Assembly (NCBI GenBank): GCA_046299555.1
Contig: JBKBHS010000004.1
Coordinates: forward strand, 120,959 to 184,958
Source: Bacteroidia bacterium
GTDB lineage: Bacteria; Bacteroidota; Bacteroidia; JACCXN01
Reading direction: 5' to 3'
DNA length: 64,000 bases
In this document: one piece after another, positions 49,752-60,511 of the stretch
Position numbering within the stretch: the stretch's first letter is position 1
How the letters are laid out: every line of letters begins with the position of its first letter
Position numbers and translations under genes: made by a program
The notes under the pieces: model-generated
The model's database searches: none
Told to the model about the DNA's origin: nothing
Seen by the model: only the letters and a program-made list of their open reading frames with translations

Positions 49752-52334
49752 TTATTGGATTAACAATTTGTTGGTGTAGTTTGTTGTTTCGCCTTTTAAT
49801 TGAATTATGTACATCCCTTTGGGTAAATGTTCTGTATTGATTTCAGTTGGGCTGCCTGATTGTAAATTCACTATTTGATTGCTGTATATTATTTTTCCAT
49901 TCAGATCGCTGATGTTTAACTCCAGCTTATCATTACTTGTTTCTGTAAACAAATAAAATCTGCCATTATTAGGATTAGGGAAAATTTGTATGTTTTTATT
50001 TGGGCTATAATTTATTGTTCCAACATTGGTTACCATTAATGTATCTGATTCGTTGGTACATCCATAAGGCGACCAAATTCTAACTTTATATCTTCCATTT
50101 GCAATTACAGTATAGCTCTGCTGTGTTGCGCCCGGTATTGGCCAACCTTCATAATACCATTGATATGTGTAAGCGGGTGAAGCTGTGAGCGTTAAACCAT
50201 TTTGAGTAATTGTTGGTTTCGCAGGAATTGGATGTACTATAATATGTACAGTATCTGAAATACCCGAGCAAGAAGAACTATCAAATACCTGTACCGCATA
50301 AGCACCACTTTGATTAACGAATATTGATGGAGTTGTTGCTCCGGTTGACCATTCATATCGAGCAAAACCGGCCGGAGCATTTAATGTTATGCTCTCTCCA
50401 TGACATAAATTAGTGTCGCCACTGTAACTTATGTTGGTTTGAAATACAGATGATTCCAATGTTTTTAACGCATTTATTTTACCATATCCAAAATTATTAT
50501 CAGGCAAATTATTTCCGGTATGTACATCGCGCATTGCATTTTGAATAATTGCTTGTTTTATTTCTGCCATACTTGCATCGGGGCAACGCTGTAAATACAA
50601 TGCTGCCACTCCAGCAACAACAGGCGAGGCAATGGATGTACCTCCATTGCGATTATGCATGCCTCCGGGGGCTACTTTAAATGGTTCGTTGATTAATAAT
50701 GAATTGATACTTGCCAAACGACCGCTGCATAAGGTAACATTGCTACTGGCTCCAATATCCGGTTTAAAATAATTATGTCGTGTGGGTCCTCTGCTCGATT
50801 GAAAAAACAAGGCTCCTTGCGTACCACCGGTTACTACTGTATTCCCATTGTAATCTATGTAGGATGTTCGGTTAATGTAATTGGCTACTGAAATTACATC
50901 GGGAGAGCAATTCCAACTGCTCACAATATTCTGTGTGGCATCCGGTAAGGTGTAATTTACAATTTCAGGGAATTGACTAACACTTGGAATACTAGAAATA
51001 ATGTTAGATGTTCCTAAGAAGGAAGCCGACCAAACATCCCATCTGCCGCTACCTGTAGTAGAAAAACGATAAAGATAATTGGCATTGGAATCAGGTTGTG
51101 GTATATGTATCTCTATAAAATAATTAGGACCAATAATTTCAGCCCAGGTTTGAACTATGGCTAATCTATCACCATTTGAATTATAAAGTGTATCGGAAAT
51201 TAATTGGTTTAATCTGTTTGTTATAACATCAAAATTGGTATGTGCTCTATGTTCATAATATGGATTTACAATATCTGCTCCTACAGAAAATTGAACATTA
51301 TTAAAATTATTGGTATCCGCCCATAGTTGAAAATATACCGCTCCATAACCACCAAATGAAGGATTGTATTGAAACCAGGTAAATGAGGTATCAGAATTTA
51401 CTGTTTTGCCAACATGAAATGCTAAATGGCCTGCGTTACCGGCAGCGCAAACAAAGGCTCTTCCATTTTTGGCATTTACTAAATTCACAATGGTTTGTGC
51501 CGCTAAATCGCTTGCATCATGCGAACCTAAATAAGTTCCCAAGCTGGCATTTATGACACAAGGTTTTCCTAAAGAGTCTGCTTTTGAAAATATGTAATGA
51601 ACGGCATCTGCAATGGTATTGGTCCAGTTGGCAGCGTTAAAATTAGATGAAACAGCAATGATGTCAGCTTTTGGTGCAGCTCCTTCAAAATTGTTTACAG
51701 CAAGTCCATTTCCTGCAGCTACTCCGGCAACATTGGAGCCATGTCCCCAGTATTGAGGCTGATCATCATGTGTGCAAATACCCCCGTCAATATCAGCCGA
51801 AGTCCATTCCTGTCCATAATTATAAGGCTGTGGAGTTCTCATGGCATCAAATGGCTGTGTATGATCCCAGATATATTTTATGCGCGTTGTACCGTTTGGA
51901 TTTTTAAAATCCGGATGATTAAAATCAATTCCTGAATCAATAATGCCTATTATTACTCCTTCTCCATCGTAGCCTTTAGGAAGTATTCCCAAACCGGCAC
52001 GTACGCTGTCAATACGATTGTTAATCAGCATCGAATCAGCAAGTGGTTCTCCCTTTGCAGTTGTAAATTCCGTATAGGCATTTTTTAATGAAGTACTAAA
52101 TAATAAGGCTTTAGAAGCCGGAATATTTACTGAAAAAATATCATTTACTTTATATTTTATTTTTCCGCCACATAAATTAACTGCTGTTGCAACATCGTTT
52201 TCATTTCCTTTTACCAAAAAAACAATTTGCTCATTATTGTTAACATTTTCTCTTTGAAAATTCCGCAACATGATGTTTTGTGCGGAAAGTCCTAATGAAA
52301 GAAATATAAATATGCCGATGAGAAATTTTTTCAT
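49752..52334 (-). CDS. S8 serine peptidase, T9SS type-A cargo
   Basis: Triad IIDSG / GHGSNVAG / GTSIASP; CTD IFPNPN...GMYIIQL...KLLIQ. Confidence 0.92.
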   Translation of the reverse strand: MKKFLIGIFIFLSLGLSAQNIMLRNFQRENVNNNEQIVFLVKGNENDVATAVNLCGGKIKYKVNDIFSVNIPASKALLFSTSLKNAYTEFTTAKGEPLADSMLINNRIDSVRAGLGILPKGYDGEGVIIGIIDSGIDFNHPDFKNPNGTTRIKYIWDHTQPFDAMRTPQPYNYGQEWTSADIDGGICTHDDQPQYWGHGSNVAGVAAGNGLAVNNFEGAAPKADIIAVSSNFNAANWTNTIADAVHYIFSKADSLGKPCVINASLGTYLGSHDASDLAAQTIVNLVNAKNGRAFVCAAGNAGHLAFHVGKTVNSDTSFTWFQYNPSFGGYGAVYFQLWADTNNFNNVQFSVGADIVNPYYEHRAHTNFDVITNRLNQLISDTLYNSNGDRLAIVQTWAEIIGPNYFIEIHIPQPDSNANYLYRFSTTGSGRWDVWSASFLGTSNIISSIPSVSQFPEIVNYTLPDATQNIVSSWNCSPDVISVANYINRTSYIDYNGNTVVTGGTQGALFFQSSRGPTRHNYFKPDIGASSNVTLCSGRLASINSLLINEPFKVAPGGMHNRNGGTSIASPVVAGVAALYLQRCPDASMAEIKQAIIQNAMRDVHTGNNLPDNNFGYGKINALKTLESSVFQTNISYSGDTNLCHGESITLNAPAGFARYEWSTGATTPSIFVNQSGAYAVQVFDSSSCSGISDTVHIIVHPIPAKPTITQNGLTLTASPAYTYQWYYEGWPIPGATQQSYTVIANGRYKVRIWSPYGCTNESDTLMVTNVGTINYSPNKNIQIFPNPNNGRFYLFTETSNDKLELNISDLNGKIIYSNQIVNLQSGSPTEINTEHLPKGMYIIQLKGETTNYTNKLLIQ

Positions 52335-52376
52335 ACTAAAATATTTAGTATAAAATTAAGTCCAATCTTTTTAAAA

Positions 52377-52826
52377 TCAAAGCGATTTGTAAGAAGGAAT
52401 TTCTTTTAAAAATTCAGTTTGTTTAGTTTGATGATTAAACCTAAAACACACATGTTTTAATCCATTGCTCACTATCAAAATCTCAGCTTTTACAGTGCTG
52501 TAATAGGTAATTATTTGATTAAATACATCGTTGTTTAAAGCTATTTCGGGTGCTTTGCATTCTACAATCAAATAAGGCTGTTTTAGTTTGTTATAAATAA
52601 CAATGTCTGCTCGTTTTTGTAATTGATTAACTTTAATTCCTGCTTCAATTACCATTAAACTCAAGGGGTAGTTTAATTCTTTGTGCAGGTAATGTATCCA
52701 ATGCTGGCGTACCCATTCCTCAGGTGTTAGAGCAATAAATTTTTTACGGGCAATATCATAAATGGTATTTCCTTCTTCTTTTTGATCTATTTTAAAATCG
52801 TATTCGGGAAGATTTAGTTCCTGCAT
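52377..52826 (-). CDS. Stand-alone HsdR N-terminal-domain (PD-(D/E)XK nuclease fold) protein
   Basis: LTPEEWVRQ, RADIV...IVECK, QI..Y, SNG. Confidence 0.85.
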   Translation of the reverse strand: MQELNLPEYDFKIDQKEEGNTIYDIARKKFIALTPEEWVRQHWIHYLHKELNYPLSLMVIEAGIKVNQLQKRADIVIYNKLKQPYLIVECKAPEIALNNDVFNQIITYYSTVKAEILIVSNGLKHVCFRFNHQTKQTEFLKEIPSYKSL

Positions 52827-52870
52827 AGATTGAGTGTGCTTGAATAAAGGTAGGCAAATTTAGTTATTTG

Positions 52871-53100
52871 TCAGTCGTAAGTTATCAGTCATAAGTCATT
52901 AGTTTATTGATTTGGTGATTTGATGATTTGGTGATTTGATGATTTGGTGATTTAATGATTTGATGATTTGATAATTTGATGATTTAAAGATTGAGTAATT
53001 CAATAATTTGACAACTCAAAAATTCAATAACTCAATAACTCAATAACTCAATAATTCATTAAATCTCAACCAATCTCAACCAATCTCAATCAATTTCACA
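52871..53100. repeat. Composite short tandem repeat array A (5x 7-mer, 19x 8-mer, 4x 10-mer)
   Basis: T(C/A)AGTCR 52871-52905; 8-nt register TGATTTGR grading to TAACTCAA 52908-53059; CAATCTCAAC 53061-53100. Confidence 0.9.
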
Positions 53101-53109
53101 TCCTTAAAA

Positions 53110-55515
53110 CTAAAAATCAAGAATAATTCCTATTGATGGTAAAACGGTTCCGGTAGTGTTTTTTACCACCTTGGTTTTGTAGCGTTGTTGCTCTATTGGG
53201 TCGTTTGGATTTAAAATTTGAGGGTTGCCATTTATGTCTCTATCAAGTAAAAGGGTAGGTTGAAGTTCTGATTGAAAATTATAAACATTCTGAACATCAA
53301 AATATAGGTTGAGCGACCATTTATTAAAGAAATATTCTTTGTCTATTCTTAAATCCATACCATGAAAAGCAGGTAATCTGCCGGTATTTAATTGGTTAAA
53401 ATCTAAAACTCCTCTTCCGCTAACATTCCAGTTTTGAACCAAAGACGATGTTGCAACATCGTATGGCGTAAATGGAGCACCACCGCTAAATCTTCCTCTC
53501 ACACCCACTTGCCAATTTTTCTTGAATTTTTTTCCGGCTGTAAGATTTACAATGTGTCGGCTATCCCACGCTGTTGGAACATAGTTGCCATTTTTATCCT
53601 TAAACTCGCTGCGAACAAAGGTATAAGCCAAAATTCCGAAAAATCCTTTCATTAATTTTTGTTGTGCTAAAAATTCAATTCCATAGCTTCGTCCTGTAGA
53701 ATTGGATATGGCAGGTTCGTTACCGATTACTCCAAAATCGCCACCCAGGTTTGCCAATGAAATACTGTCGCGTAATAAAAATGGATAATTGGCATAGGTT
53801 TTATAAAATCCTTCTAACGTAAAGCGAGCATTGGTGCTGGTATTGTATTCTAATCCACTTACGATATGATTTGACTGTATGTATTTTAAATTTTTATTAT
53901 TTACCAAAACCCCTTGCGCATCTCTGTATCCCATTACGGTATATGCCGGCAACTGATAATAGCGTCCAATATTGGCGTTGATACTCCATTTAGTTGTTAA
54001 GCTATACGATGCTGAAAATCGTGGCGAAAGCTGATTAAACAGGTTTGCCATGTGTTCGTTGTAATTGTTTCCATCACTGCGTAATCCGGCAGAAAGTACC
54101 AAACGCTCACCCAAAAATCCGCGACTTAATTGGGCGAAAAAACCATACTTAATAAAATGTAAGGATGAAGAAAATTGAATGCGTTGTACTCCGATTGGCG
54201 TAGGAATTAAATTGTTGGTGCTGTTTTTGTATTCTGCAGTTTCTAAATTTAAACCTATATTACTTTTGTATGAACCATTGCGCGATGTATTTTCAATACG
54301 AAATTTATTTTCTTCTTCTGTTGAATAATAATCAATCGTTTTGGGCTTGTTTTTATCATTATCTTCATGCTTATAGGCAATGTTTTTGAGCATATTTCGA
54401 CTTAGTACCACCGTTGTAAATGCTTTATCTCTGTAGTTTTTGTAAACTAAACCGGAAGTATAATTCCATTGGTCGTTTATGGGAATATTTCCTAAAATAT
54501 AGTTGTTGCGTTCCAGGGTTTCAGGGTCGGTAATATTATCGTTTACACTTTTATTCAATTCAAATACATCCAGTGCGCCTAAGCCAATAAAAGATATTTC
54601 GTTTTTATCGTTTAGTTTCCATTTGAATTTATACTGATAATCGTTGTAAGTAGGTAAAAATGGTAAACCAATGGCTTTGAATAAAAATTGAAGATAAGAG
54701 CGTCTTACCGAAAAAATAAAATTGGCATTTTTGCCTATAGGACCATCAAAGGTAGCTCCAAAATCAGACGAACCAACTGTAAGTCGGGTGTTTAATTTAT
54801 CAGGATTGCCATCAATTTGTTTAAACTCAAAAACCGAACTTAAAGCATTGCCTCTGGCAGCCGGAAAAGCACCGGAATAAAAATCTACTTCGCGAATAAA
54901 GTTAACATTGATTAACCCTACCGGACCACCTGATGAACCTTGTGTGGCAAAGTGGTTGATGTTGGGAACTTCTACACCATCGAGATAAAAACGGTTTTCG
55001 TTAGGAGCACCACCACGTATAATAATATCGTTACGAAAGGCAGGGGTAGAGGCTACACCCGGAAAGTTGCGTATAACGGCCGATATATCGCGGTTACCAC
55101 CCGGGTTGCGCTCAATTTCAGCAACTCCAATGGTGCGTAACGATACGGGACTTTCTTCAGTTTTATTAAAGCCCTGTCCGGTAATTTCTACTGTTTTAAG
55201 ATCGGTGGCCGTTTCTTCTAAAGCAATATTTACAATAGCAGCTTTGGCATTGGTAGCCTGAACTTCAAAAATTACTTTTTTCTTAAATCCTACATAACTC
55301 ACTTCCAAATTATAAAGTCCGGGATTAAGGTTTTTTATTTCATAGTTTCCATCAATATCGGTAGTAGCACCGGTGGTGGTTCCCTGTATTACCACATTGG
55401 CAAAAGGAATAGCCTCATTATTTTTACTGTTGAATACTTTACCTTTAATAACAGCATTTTGAGCGATTGCCCCAAAGCTTAATAATAGCAGAAAAAAAGA
55501 ATATATACGCAGCAT
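53110..55515 (-). CDS. TonB-dependent outer-membrane receptor
   Basis: Start MLRIYSFF (55515) gives a signal peptide; CarboxypepD_reg-like domain, plug IIIRGG..ENRFYLDG, terminal Phe. Confidence 0.9.
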   Translation of the reverse strand: MLRIYSFFLLLLSFGAIAQNAVIKGKVFNSKNNEAIPFANVVIQGTTTGATTDIDGNYEIKNLNPGLYNLEVSYVGFKKKVIFEVQATNAKAAIVNIALEETATDLKTVEITGQGFNKTEESPVSLRTIGVAEIERNPGGNRDISAVIRNFPGVASTPAFRNDIIIRGGAPNENRFYLDGVEVPNINHFATQGSSGGPVGLINVNFIREVDFYSGAFPAARGNALSSVFEFKQIDGNPDKLNTRLTVGSSDFGATFDGPIGKNANFIFSVRRSYLQFLFKAIGLPFLPTYNDYQYKFKWKLNDKNEISFIGLGALDVFELNKSVNDNITDPETLERNNYILGNIPINDQWNYTSGLVYKNYRDKAFTTVVLSRNMLKNIAYKHEDNDKNKPKTIDYYSTEEENKFRIENTSRNGSYKSNIGLNLETAEYKNSTNNLIPTPIGVQRIQFSSSLHFIKYGFFAQLSRGFLGERLVLSAGLRSDGNNYNEHMANLFNQLSPRFSASYSLTTKWSINANIGRYYQLPAYTVMGYRDAQGVLVNNKNLKYIQSNHIVSGLEYNTSTNARFTLEGFYKTYANYPFLLRDSISLANLGGDFGVIGNEPAISNSTGRSYGIEFLAQQKLMKGFFGILAYTFVRSEFKDKNGNYVPTAWDSRHIVNLTAGKKFKKNWQVGVRGRFSGGAPFTPYDVATSSLVQNWNVSGRGVLDFNQLNTGRLPAFHGMDLRIDKEYFFNKWSLNLYFDVQNVYNFQSELQPTLLLDRDINGNPQILNPNDPIEQQRYKTKVVKNTTGTVLPSIGIILDF

Positions 55516-55607
55516 AGTTTGTTTATTAACCCTAAAATAACAAGGTACGAGCAAATATGTTTTTAAAAGGTGAAAATATTTATATTTATGCTTGAAAAAC
55601 CTTAAAA

Positions 55608-56105
55608 ATGAACACAAATTATCTTTTTACCGAAAAACAAAAATTTACCCAATGGTGGATATGGTTAATTTTACTTAGCATTAATGGAATGTTTTTGTAT
55701 GGTATTTACCGTCAAATAATTTTAAAAGAAATGTTTGGCGATAATCCTATGAGCGATGCAGGTTTGTTGGGCATGTTTGTAATTACTCTCTTAATTTCAT
55801 TACTGTTTAAGATTATGAAATTAGAAACCAACATAGATAAACAAGGAATTTATGTACGGCTTTTCCCATTGCATTTACAGTTCAAGCATTTTAAGTGGGA
55901 GGAAATAGATAAAGCTTACGTACGTAAATACAATCCTATAACAGAATTTGGAGGCTGGGGTTTACGCTTAGGTTTTAATGGTAAGGCATACAATGTAAAA
56001 GGAAACAATGGCTTGCAGTTAGAATTTAAGAATGGGAAAAAGCTTTTAATTGGAACAAATAGGGCAGAGGAAATGAATCAAATAGTGAAGAAATTTAAAA
56101 ATTAA
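55608..56105 (+). CDS. DUF6141-like membrane protein
   Basis: FTEKQKFTQWW, two TMs, YNPITEFGGWGLR, LLIGT. Confidence 0.7.
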   Translation: MNTNYLFTEKQKFTQWWIWLILLSINGMFLYGIYRQIILKEMFGDNPMSDAGLLGMFVITLLISLLFKIMKLETNIDKQGIYVRLFPLHLQFKHFKWEEIDKAYVRKYNPITEFGGWGLRLGFNGKAYNVKGNNGLQLEFKNGKKLLIGTNRAEEMNQIVKKFKN

Positions 56106-56135
56106 CTACTAAGCATTTTATAGGAATTAAAATTT

Positions 56136-59100
56136 GTGTCAGTGAATATTAAAGAATTGAAACCTAGAAAGGCCTTGAACAAAGCCTTTTTAAAAGTTAA
56201 ACCTAATAGAACCGATATTGAAAGGTTTAAGCAAAACCTTAAAACCTTAATAGACAGAACTAATGACTCAGAAAGTGAAGAATTTCATAAAAATTTGGTT
56301 TCTGATTTCTTAAAAGATACCTATTACAAGCAAAACCATTTTATAAATACCAAAGGTCGAAACGACCTTGTTATACATAACGGACAAAATGCAAACTCGA
56401 CAGTTGGCGTAATTCTAGAAGTTAAAAAGCCGACCAACAAATCGGAAATGATTACAACCAAAAAACTGAACGCAAAAGCGTTTCAGGAATTGGTTTTGTA
56501 TTATTTACGAGAGAGAATTACACACAAAAACCTTGAAGTAAAACATTTGGTAGCGACTAACATTAACGAGTGGTTCATTTTTGACGCTACCCTATTCGAC
56601 AGACTTTTTGCTCAAAACAAAAACCTTGTAAAGCAATTCAACGACTTTGAAGCAGGACGTTTGGCAGACACTAAAACAGACTTTTTCTATAAACAAATTG
56701 CCGAGCCATTTATTGACAGCATTACTTCTGAAATTGAATTTACTTACTTCAATATTCAAGATTTTCAAAAACCATTACGCAATGCCGACAAAGCAGATGA
56801 TAATTCATTGATTGCTTTGTTCAAATTGCTTTCGCCAGAGCATCTTTTAAAACTTCCGTTCACCAACGATAGCAACAGCCTTGACAAACGCTTTTACAGC
56901 GAATTGCTACACATAATTGGTTTAACAGAAACCAAAGAAGGAAGCAAAAAACTAATTGAACGCAATAAAGAATCTGAACGCAACTCAGGAACTTTGCTCG
57001 AAAATGCAATCATTCAGCTAGATAGTTTAGATAAGATTAGCAGACTCGATAAGCCAAACCAATTTGGAAGTACACAGCAAGAACGACTTTTTAATGTTGC
57101 TCTTGAACTTTCGATTACTTGGATAAACCGCATTTTGTTTTTAAAGTTGTTGGAAGCCCAACTCATCACATATCACAAGGGTGATAAGTCCTATTCGTTT
57201 CTCAATCTTGACAAAATCAAGAACTATGACGACCTGAACAGCTTGTTTTTTCAGGTGTTGGCACGCAAGTATGACGAACGAAACGAAGATGTAAAAAAGA
57301 TTTTCGAGAAAGTGCCTTATCTCAATTCTTCGCTTTTCGAGCCGACCGATTTGGAGCAGGTTACGTTGTTTATCAGCAATCTGAAAGACGATAAAACCAT
57401 TCCGATTTTTTCGCAAACCGTGCTAAAAGACCAGCAAGGCAAAAAACGGACGGGCAATATTTCCACGCTTCAATATTTATTTGAGTTTTTAGATGCTTAC
57501 GACTTTGGAGCAGAAGGCGGAGAAGAAATTCAGGAAGACAACAAAACGCTGATTAATGCTTCGGTTCTTGGATTGATTTTCGAGAAAATAAACGGCTACA
57601 AAGACGGTTCGTTTTTCACTCCGGGTTTCATCACCATGTATATGTGCCGTGAAACCATTCGCAAAGCCGTTGTGCAGAAATTCAACGAAACCAAAAAATG
57701 GAACTGCACAACTCTTGAAGAACTTTACGACAAAATTGAAGACCGAAAAGAAGCCAACAACATTGTAAACAGCATCAAAATTTGCGACCCTGCCGTTGGT
57801 TCAGGACACTTTTTAGTTTCGGCACTCAATGAAATGATTGCAGTAAAAAACGACTTGAAAATTCTGCAAGACCGAGAAGGAAAGAGATTGAAAGAATATC
57901 AAGTTGAAGTAGTAAATGATGAATTGATTGTAACAGACGAAGAAGGAGAACTTTTTGAATACAACCCAAGTAACAAAGAAAGCCAACGCATACAAGAAAC
58001 GCTTTTCCACGAAAAGCAAACCATTATTGAAAACTGCCTTTTTGGGGTGGACATCAATTCCAACTCAGTAAAAATTTGCCGTTTGCGTTTGTGGATTGAG
58101 CTTTTGAAAAATGCTTACTACAAAAACAGCACTGAACTTGAAACACTTCCGAATATTGACATCAATATAAAGTGCGGAAACTCGTTAGTTAGCCGTTTTG
58201 CCATTGATGCCGACTTGAAGCAAGCCTTGAAAAAAAGCAAGTGGACAATTGATAGCTACCGAATAGCCGTTGACACTTATCGAAACGCTGAAAGTAAGGA
58301 ACAGAAAAGAGAAATGGAGCGCCTGATTGCTGATATTAAAAATAATTTTAAAAGCGAAATTTCTTCTCGAGACCCAAAAGTTATAAAACTGCAAAAATTA
58401 GAGTATGAATATGGATTACTAGTAGCTCCCAATATTTTTAAAGAAGATGATGCCCTTTACGGAAGTAGAGATAATAAGAAAAAAGCAAAAGAACGTGAAA
58501 AAGAATTATTTGCAGAAATACAAAAACTAAAAAAAGAAATTGAAGAAATTAAAAACAATAAAATTTTTGAAAACGCTTTTGAATGGCGTTTTGAATTTCC
58601 CGAAGTGCTGAATGATGATGGCGATTTTGTGGGCTTTGACGTGGTTATTGGAAATCCGCCTTATGGTGTATCTATCAAAGACAAAACTGAACGTGAGTAT
58701 TTAGTGTCAAATCTTTCAAAGGTTCCAGATTTCGAGATTTATTATTGGTTCATCAATAAAGGTCATCAGATTTTAAAACAAAATGGAGTAATATCTTACA
58801 TTATTCCTAATACAATATTATTCAATGTATATGCCCAATCATATCGCTTGAATTTGTTTGATAATTGGAATTTAGATGAAATATTAGATTGCACAAACTT
58901 CAATATTTTTGAAGATGCAACTGTTAGAAATATTATTTTCCAATTCACAAAATCTGATAGCAAGGGATATACTCTTGGTTACAAAAATACCGCTAATGCT
59001 GAAAGTTTTGAAAACCTCGTAAGTAGAAAACGAATTGTGATTTCAAAACAAATAGCAGAAGATAATATTCAAAATTGGGGCTTGGTTTTCAAATTAGAAA

Positions 59101-59822
59101 AAGAAATTCTGACTATTGTAGGAAAAATAAAAAGCAATAAAAAAACATTGATAGAACTCTTCCCAGAGACCAGTCAAGGGCTAATTGCTTATGATAAATA
59201 TCAAGGTCAAACCGATGAGATAATAAAGAATAGAGCTTATCATCATTTCTCAAATCCAGAAAATAAATATAAACGTTGGCTTTATGGAGAAGACATTACG
59301 CGTTATTTAGTTAAATGGAATGGTAAAGAATATATAGATTATTGCAATGGTATTGCAAATCCAAGAGACCCAAAATATTTCAAAGGGAAGAGAATTTTGA
59401 TTAGAGAAATTACAAATCCAAGGATTTTTGCTGCAATTACATCAGAAGAACTATATAACGACCCTGCAATAATTATTATAAAAGATAATCCAACCAGTTA
59501 TCCTTTAGAATGTTTGTTGGCAATATTAAATTCTAAATTAGCAACATTCTATCATTTCAATTCATCTCCAAAAGCAACCAAAGGAGCATTTCCTAAGATT
59601 TTAGTTTATGACGTGAATAATTTTCCTTTGCCCAAGCAGATTGATAGTAATATCCAAAAAATATTGGAAACACTTGTTGAGCAAATTTTGGCTAAGAAGG
59701 CTCAAGAACATTCAGCAGATACAACTGAATTAGAAAACCAAATCGACCAATTGGTTTACCAACTCTACGAGTTGACGGAAGAAGAAATCGCCATCATCGA
59801 AAATTCAACCAATAAAAATTGA
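56136..59822 (+). CDS. Type IIG restriction-modification fusion enzyme (Eco57I-like; nuclease + N6-adenine MTase + TRD)
   Basis: Nuclease DLVI...LEVKK; YLNSSLF; GSFFTP; motif I DPAVGSGHFL; motif IV GNPPY; TaqI_C-like TRD ending IDQLVYQLYELTEEEI. Confidence 0.92.
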   Translation: MSVNIKELKPRKALNKAFLKVKPNRTDIERFKQNLKTLIDRTNDSESEEFHKNLVSDFLKDTYYKQNHFINTKGRNDLVIHNGQNANSTVGVILEVKKPTNKSEMITTKKLNAKAFQELVLYYLRERITHKNLEVKHLVATNINEWFIFDATLFDRLFAQNKNLVKQFNDFEAGRLADTKTDFFYKQIAEPFIDSITSEIEFTYFNIQDFQKPLRNADKADDNSLIALFKLLSPEHLLKLPFTNDSNSLDKRFYSELLHIIGLTETKEGSKKLIERNKESERNSGTLLENAIIQLDSLDKISRLDKPNQFGSTQQERLFNVALELSITWINRILFLKLLEAQLITYHKGDKSYSFLNLDKIKNYDDLNSLFFQVLARKYDERNEDVKKIFEKVPYLNSSLFEPTDLEQVTLFISNLKDDKTIPIFSQTVLKDQQGKKRTGNISTLQYLFEFLDAYDFGAEGGEEIQEDNKTLINASVLGLIFEKINGYKDGSFFTPGFITMYMCRETIRKAVVQKFNETKKWNCTTLEELYDKIEDRKEANNIVNSIKICDPAVGSGHFLVSALNEMIAVKNDLKILQDREGKRLKEYQVEVVNDELIVTDEEGELFEYNPSNKESQRIQETLFHEKQTIIENCLFGVDINSNSVKICRLRLWIELLKNAYYKNSTELETLPNIDINIKCGNSLVSRFAIDADLKQALKKSKWTIDSYRIAVDTYRNAESKEQKREMERLIADIKNNFKSEISSRDPKVIKLQKLEYEYGLLVAPNIFKEDDALYGSRDNKKKAKEREKELFAEIQKLKKEIEEIKNNKIFENAFEWRFEFPEVLNDDGDFVGFDVVIGNPPYGVSIKDKTEREYLVSNLSKVPDFEIYYWFINKGHQILKQNGVISYIIPNTILFNVYAQSYRLNLFDNWNLDEILDCTNFNIFEDATVRNIIFQFTKSDSKGYTLGYKNTANAESFENLVSRKRIVISKQIAEDNIQNWGLVFKLEKEILTIVGKIKSNKKTLIELFPETSQGLIAYDKYQGQTDEIIKNRAYHHFSNPENKYKRWLYGEDITRYLVKWNGKEYIDYCNGIANPRDPKYFKGKRILIREITNPRIFAAITSEELYNDPAIIIIKDNPTSYPLECLLAILNSKLATFYHFNSSPKATKGAFPKILVYDVNNFPLPKQIDSNIQKILETLVEQILAKKAQEHSADTTELENQIDQLVYQLYELTEEEIAIIENSTNKN

Positions 59823-59922
59823 TGGCAATTCGCGAACACCATAATAAAAATAATAATGTGTGAGCAAATAAAAATGGTGGAGGGAAATGGATAAATCCAT
59901 TCATTATAAATTATTGCCATTC

Positions 59923-59991
59923 CATAGCCTACGGTTTAAACCGTGGGCTATGAAAAGGTGCATGATTGGACAAAACCGTTTCAACGGTTTT
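59923..59991. repeat. Two REP-like palindromes upstream of the Y1 transposase
   Basis: CATAGCCTACGGTT-TA-AACCGTGGGCTATG (59923-59952) and AAAACCGTT-TC-AACGGTTTT (59972-59991). Confidence 0.8.
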
Positions 59992-60022
59992 ATTGTGATA
60001 AACGATTATTAAATTTGATTTT

Positions 60023-60457
60023 ATGCCACATTCATTCTATAAAATTTGGATTCACGCCATTTGGGCAACCAAAGAAAGGATGCCATTGATTCATCAAAGC
60101 ATTGAACAAAAGGTTTATCAATTTATTTCTGAGCAATTATGGGAACAAGGTTGCCCGGTAAGAATAATAAATGGAATGCCCGACCATATCCATTGTTTGT
60201 TTTTGCTTAGCCCTCAAAAATCAATAGCAGACGTAATCAAACAGATTAAAGGAAGTTCTTCTCACTTCATTAATCAGAACAATTTAATTGCTGAAAAATT
60301 TGCATGGCAAACAGGATATGCTGCTTATTCTGTTTCCGAATCGGTAGTTGAAAAAGTATTTCAATATATCCAAAATCAGAAAGCTCACCATCAAAAAAAG
60401 TCATTTCTGCAGGAATATGATGAGTTTTTAAGATTGTATAGCCCAAGCTCTCAGTAA
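60023..60457 (+). mobile_element. tnpA: IS200/IS605-superfamily Y1 (HUH) transposase, probably REP-associated (RAYT-like)
   Basis: HAIWATKER, MPDHIH (HUH), IKGSSS, WQTGY, catalytic YIQNQKAHH; no tnpB. Confidence 0.88.
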
Positions 60458-60511
60458 AAAAAATGTAGATTAAAAATAGACTTATTTAAATAACAAAAAT
60501 TAAAAAAAATC

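Noticed and set aside
52377-52826. Type I restriction-modification system
   Set aside because: Only a small stand-alone HsdR_N-domain gene; no hsdM, hsdS or helicase domain
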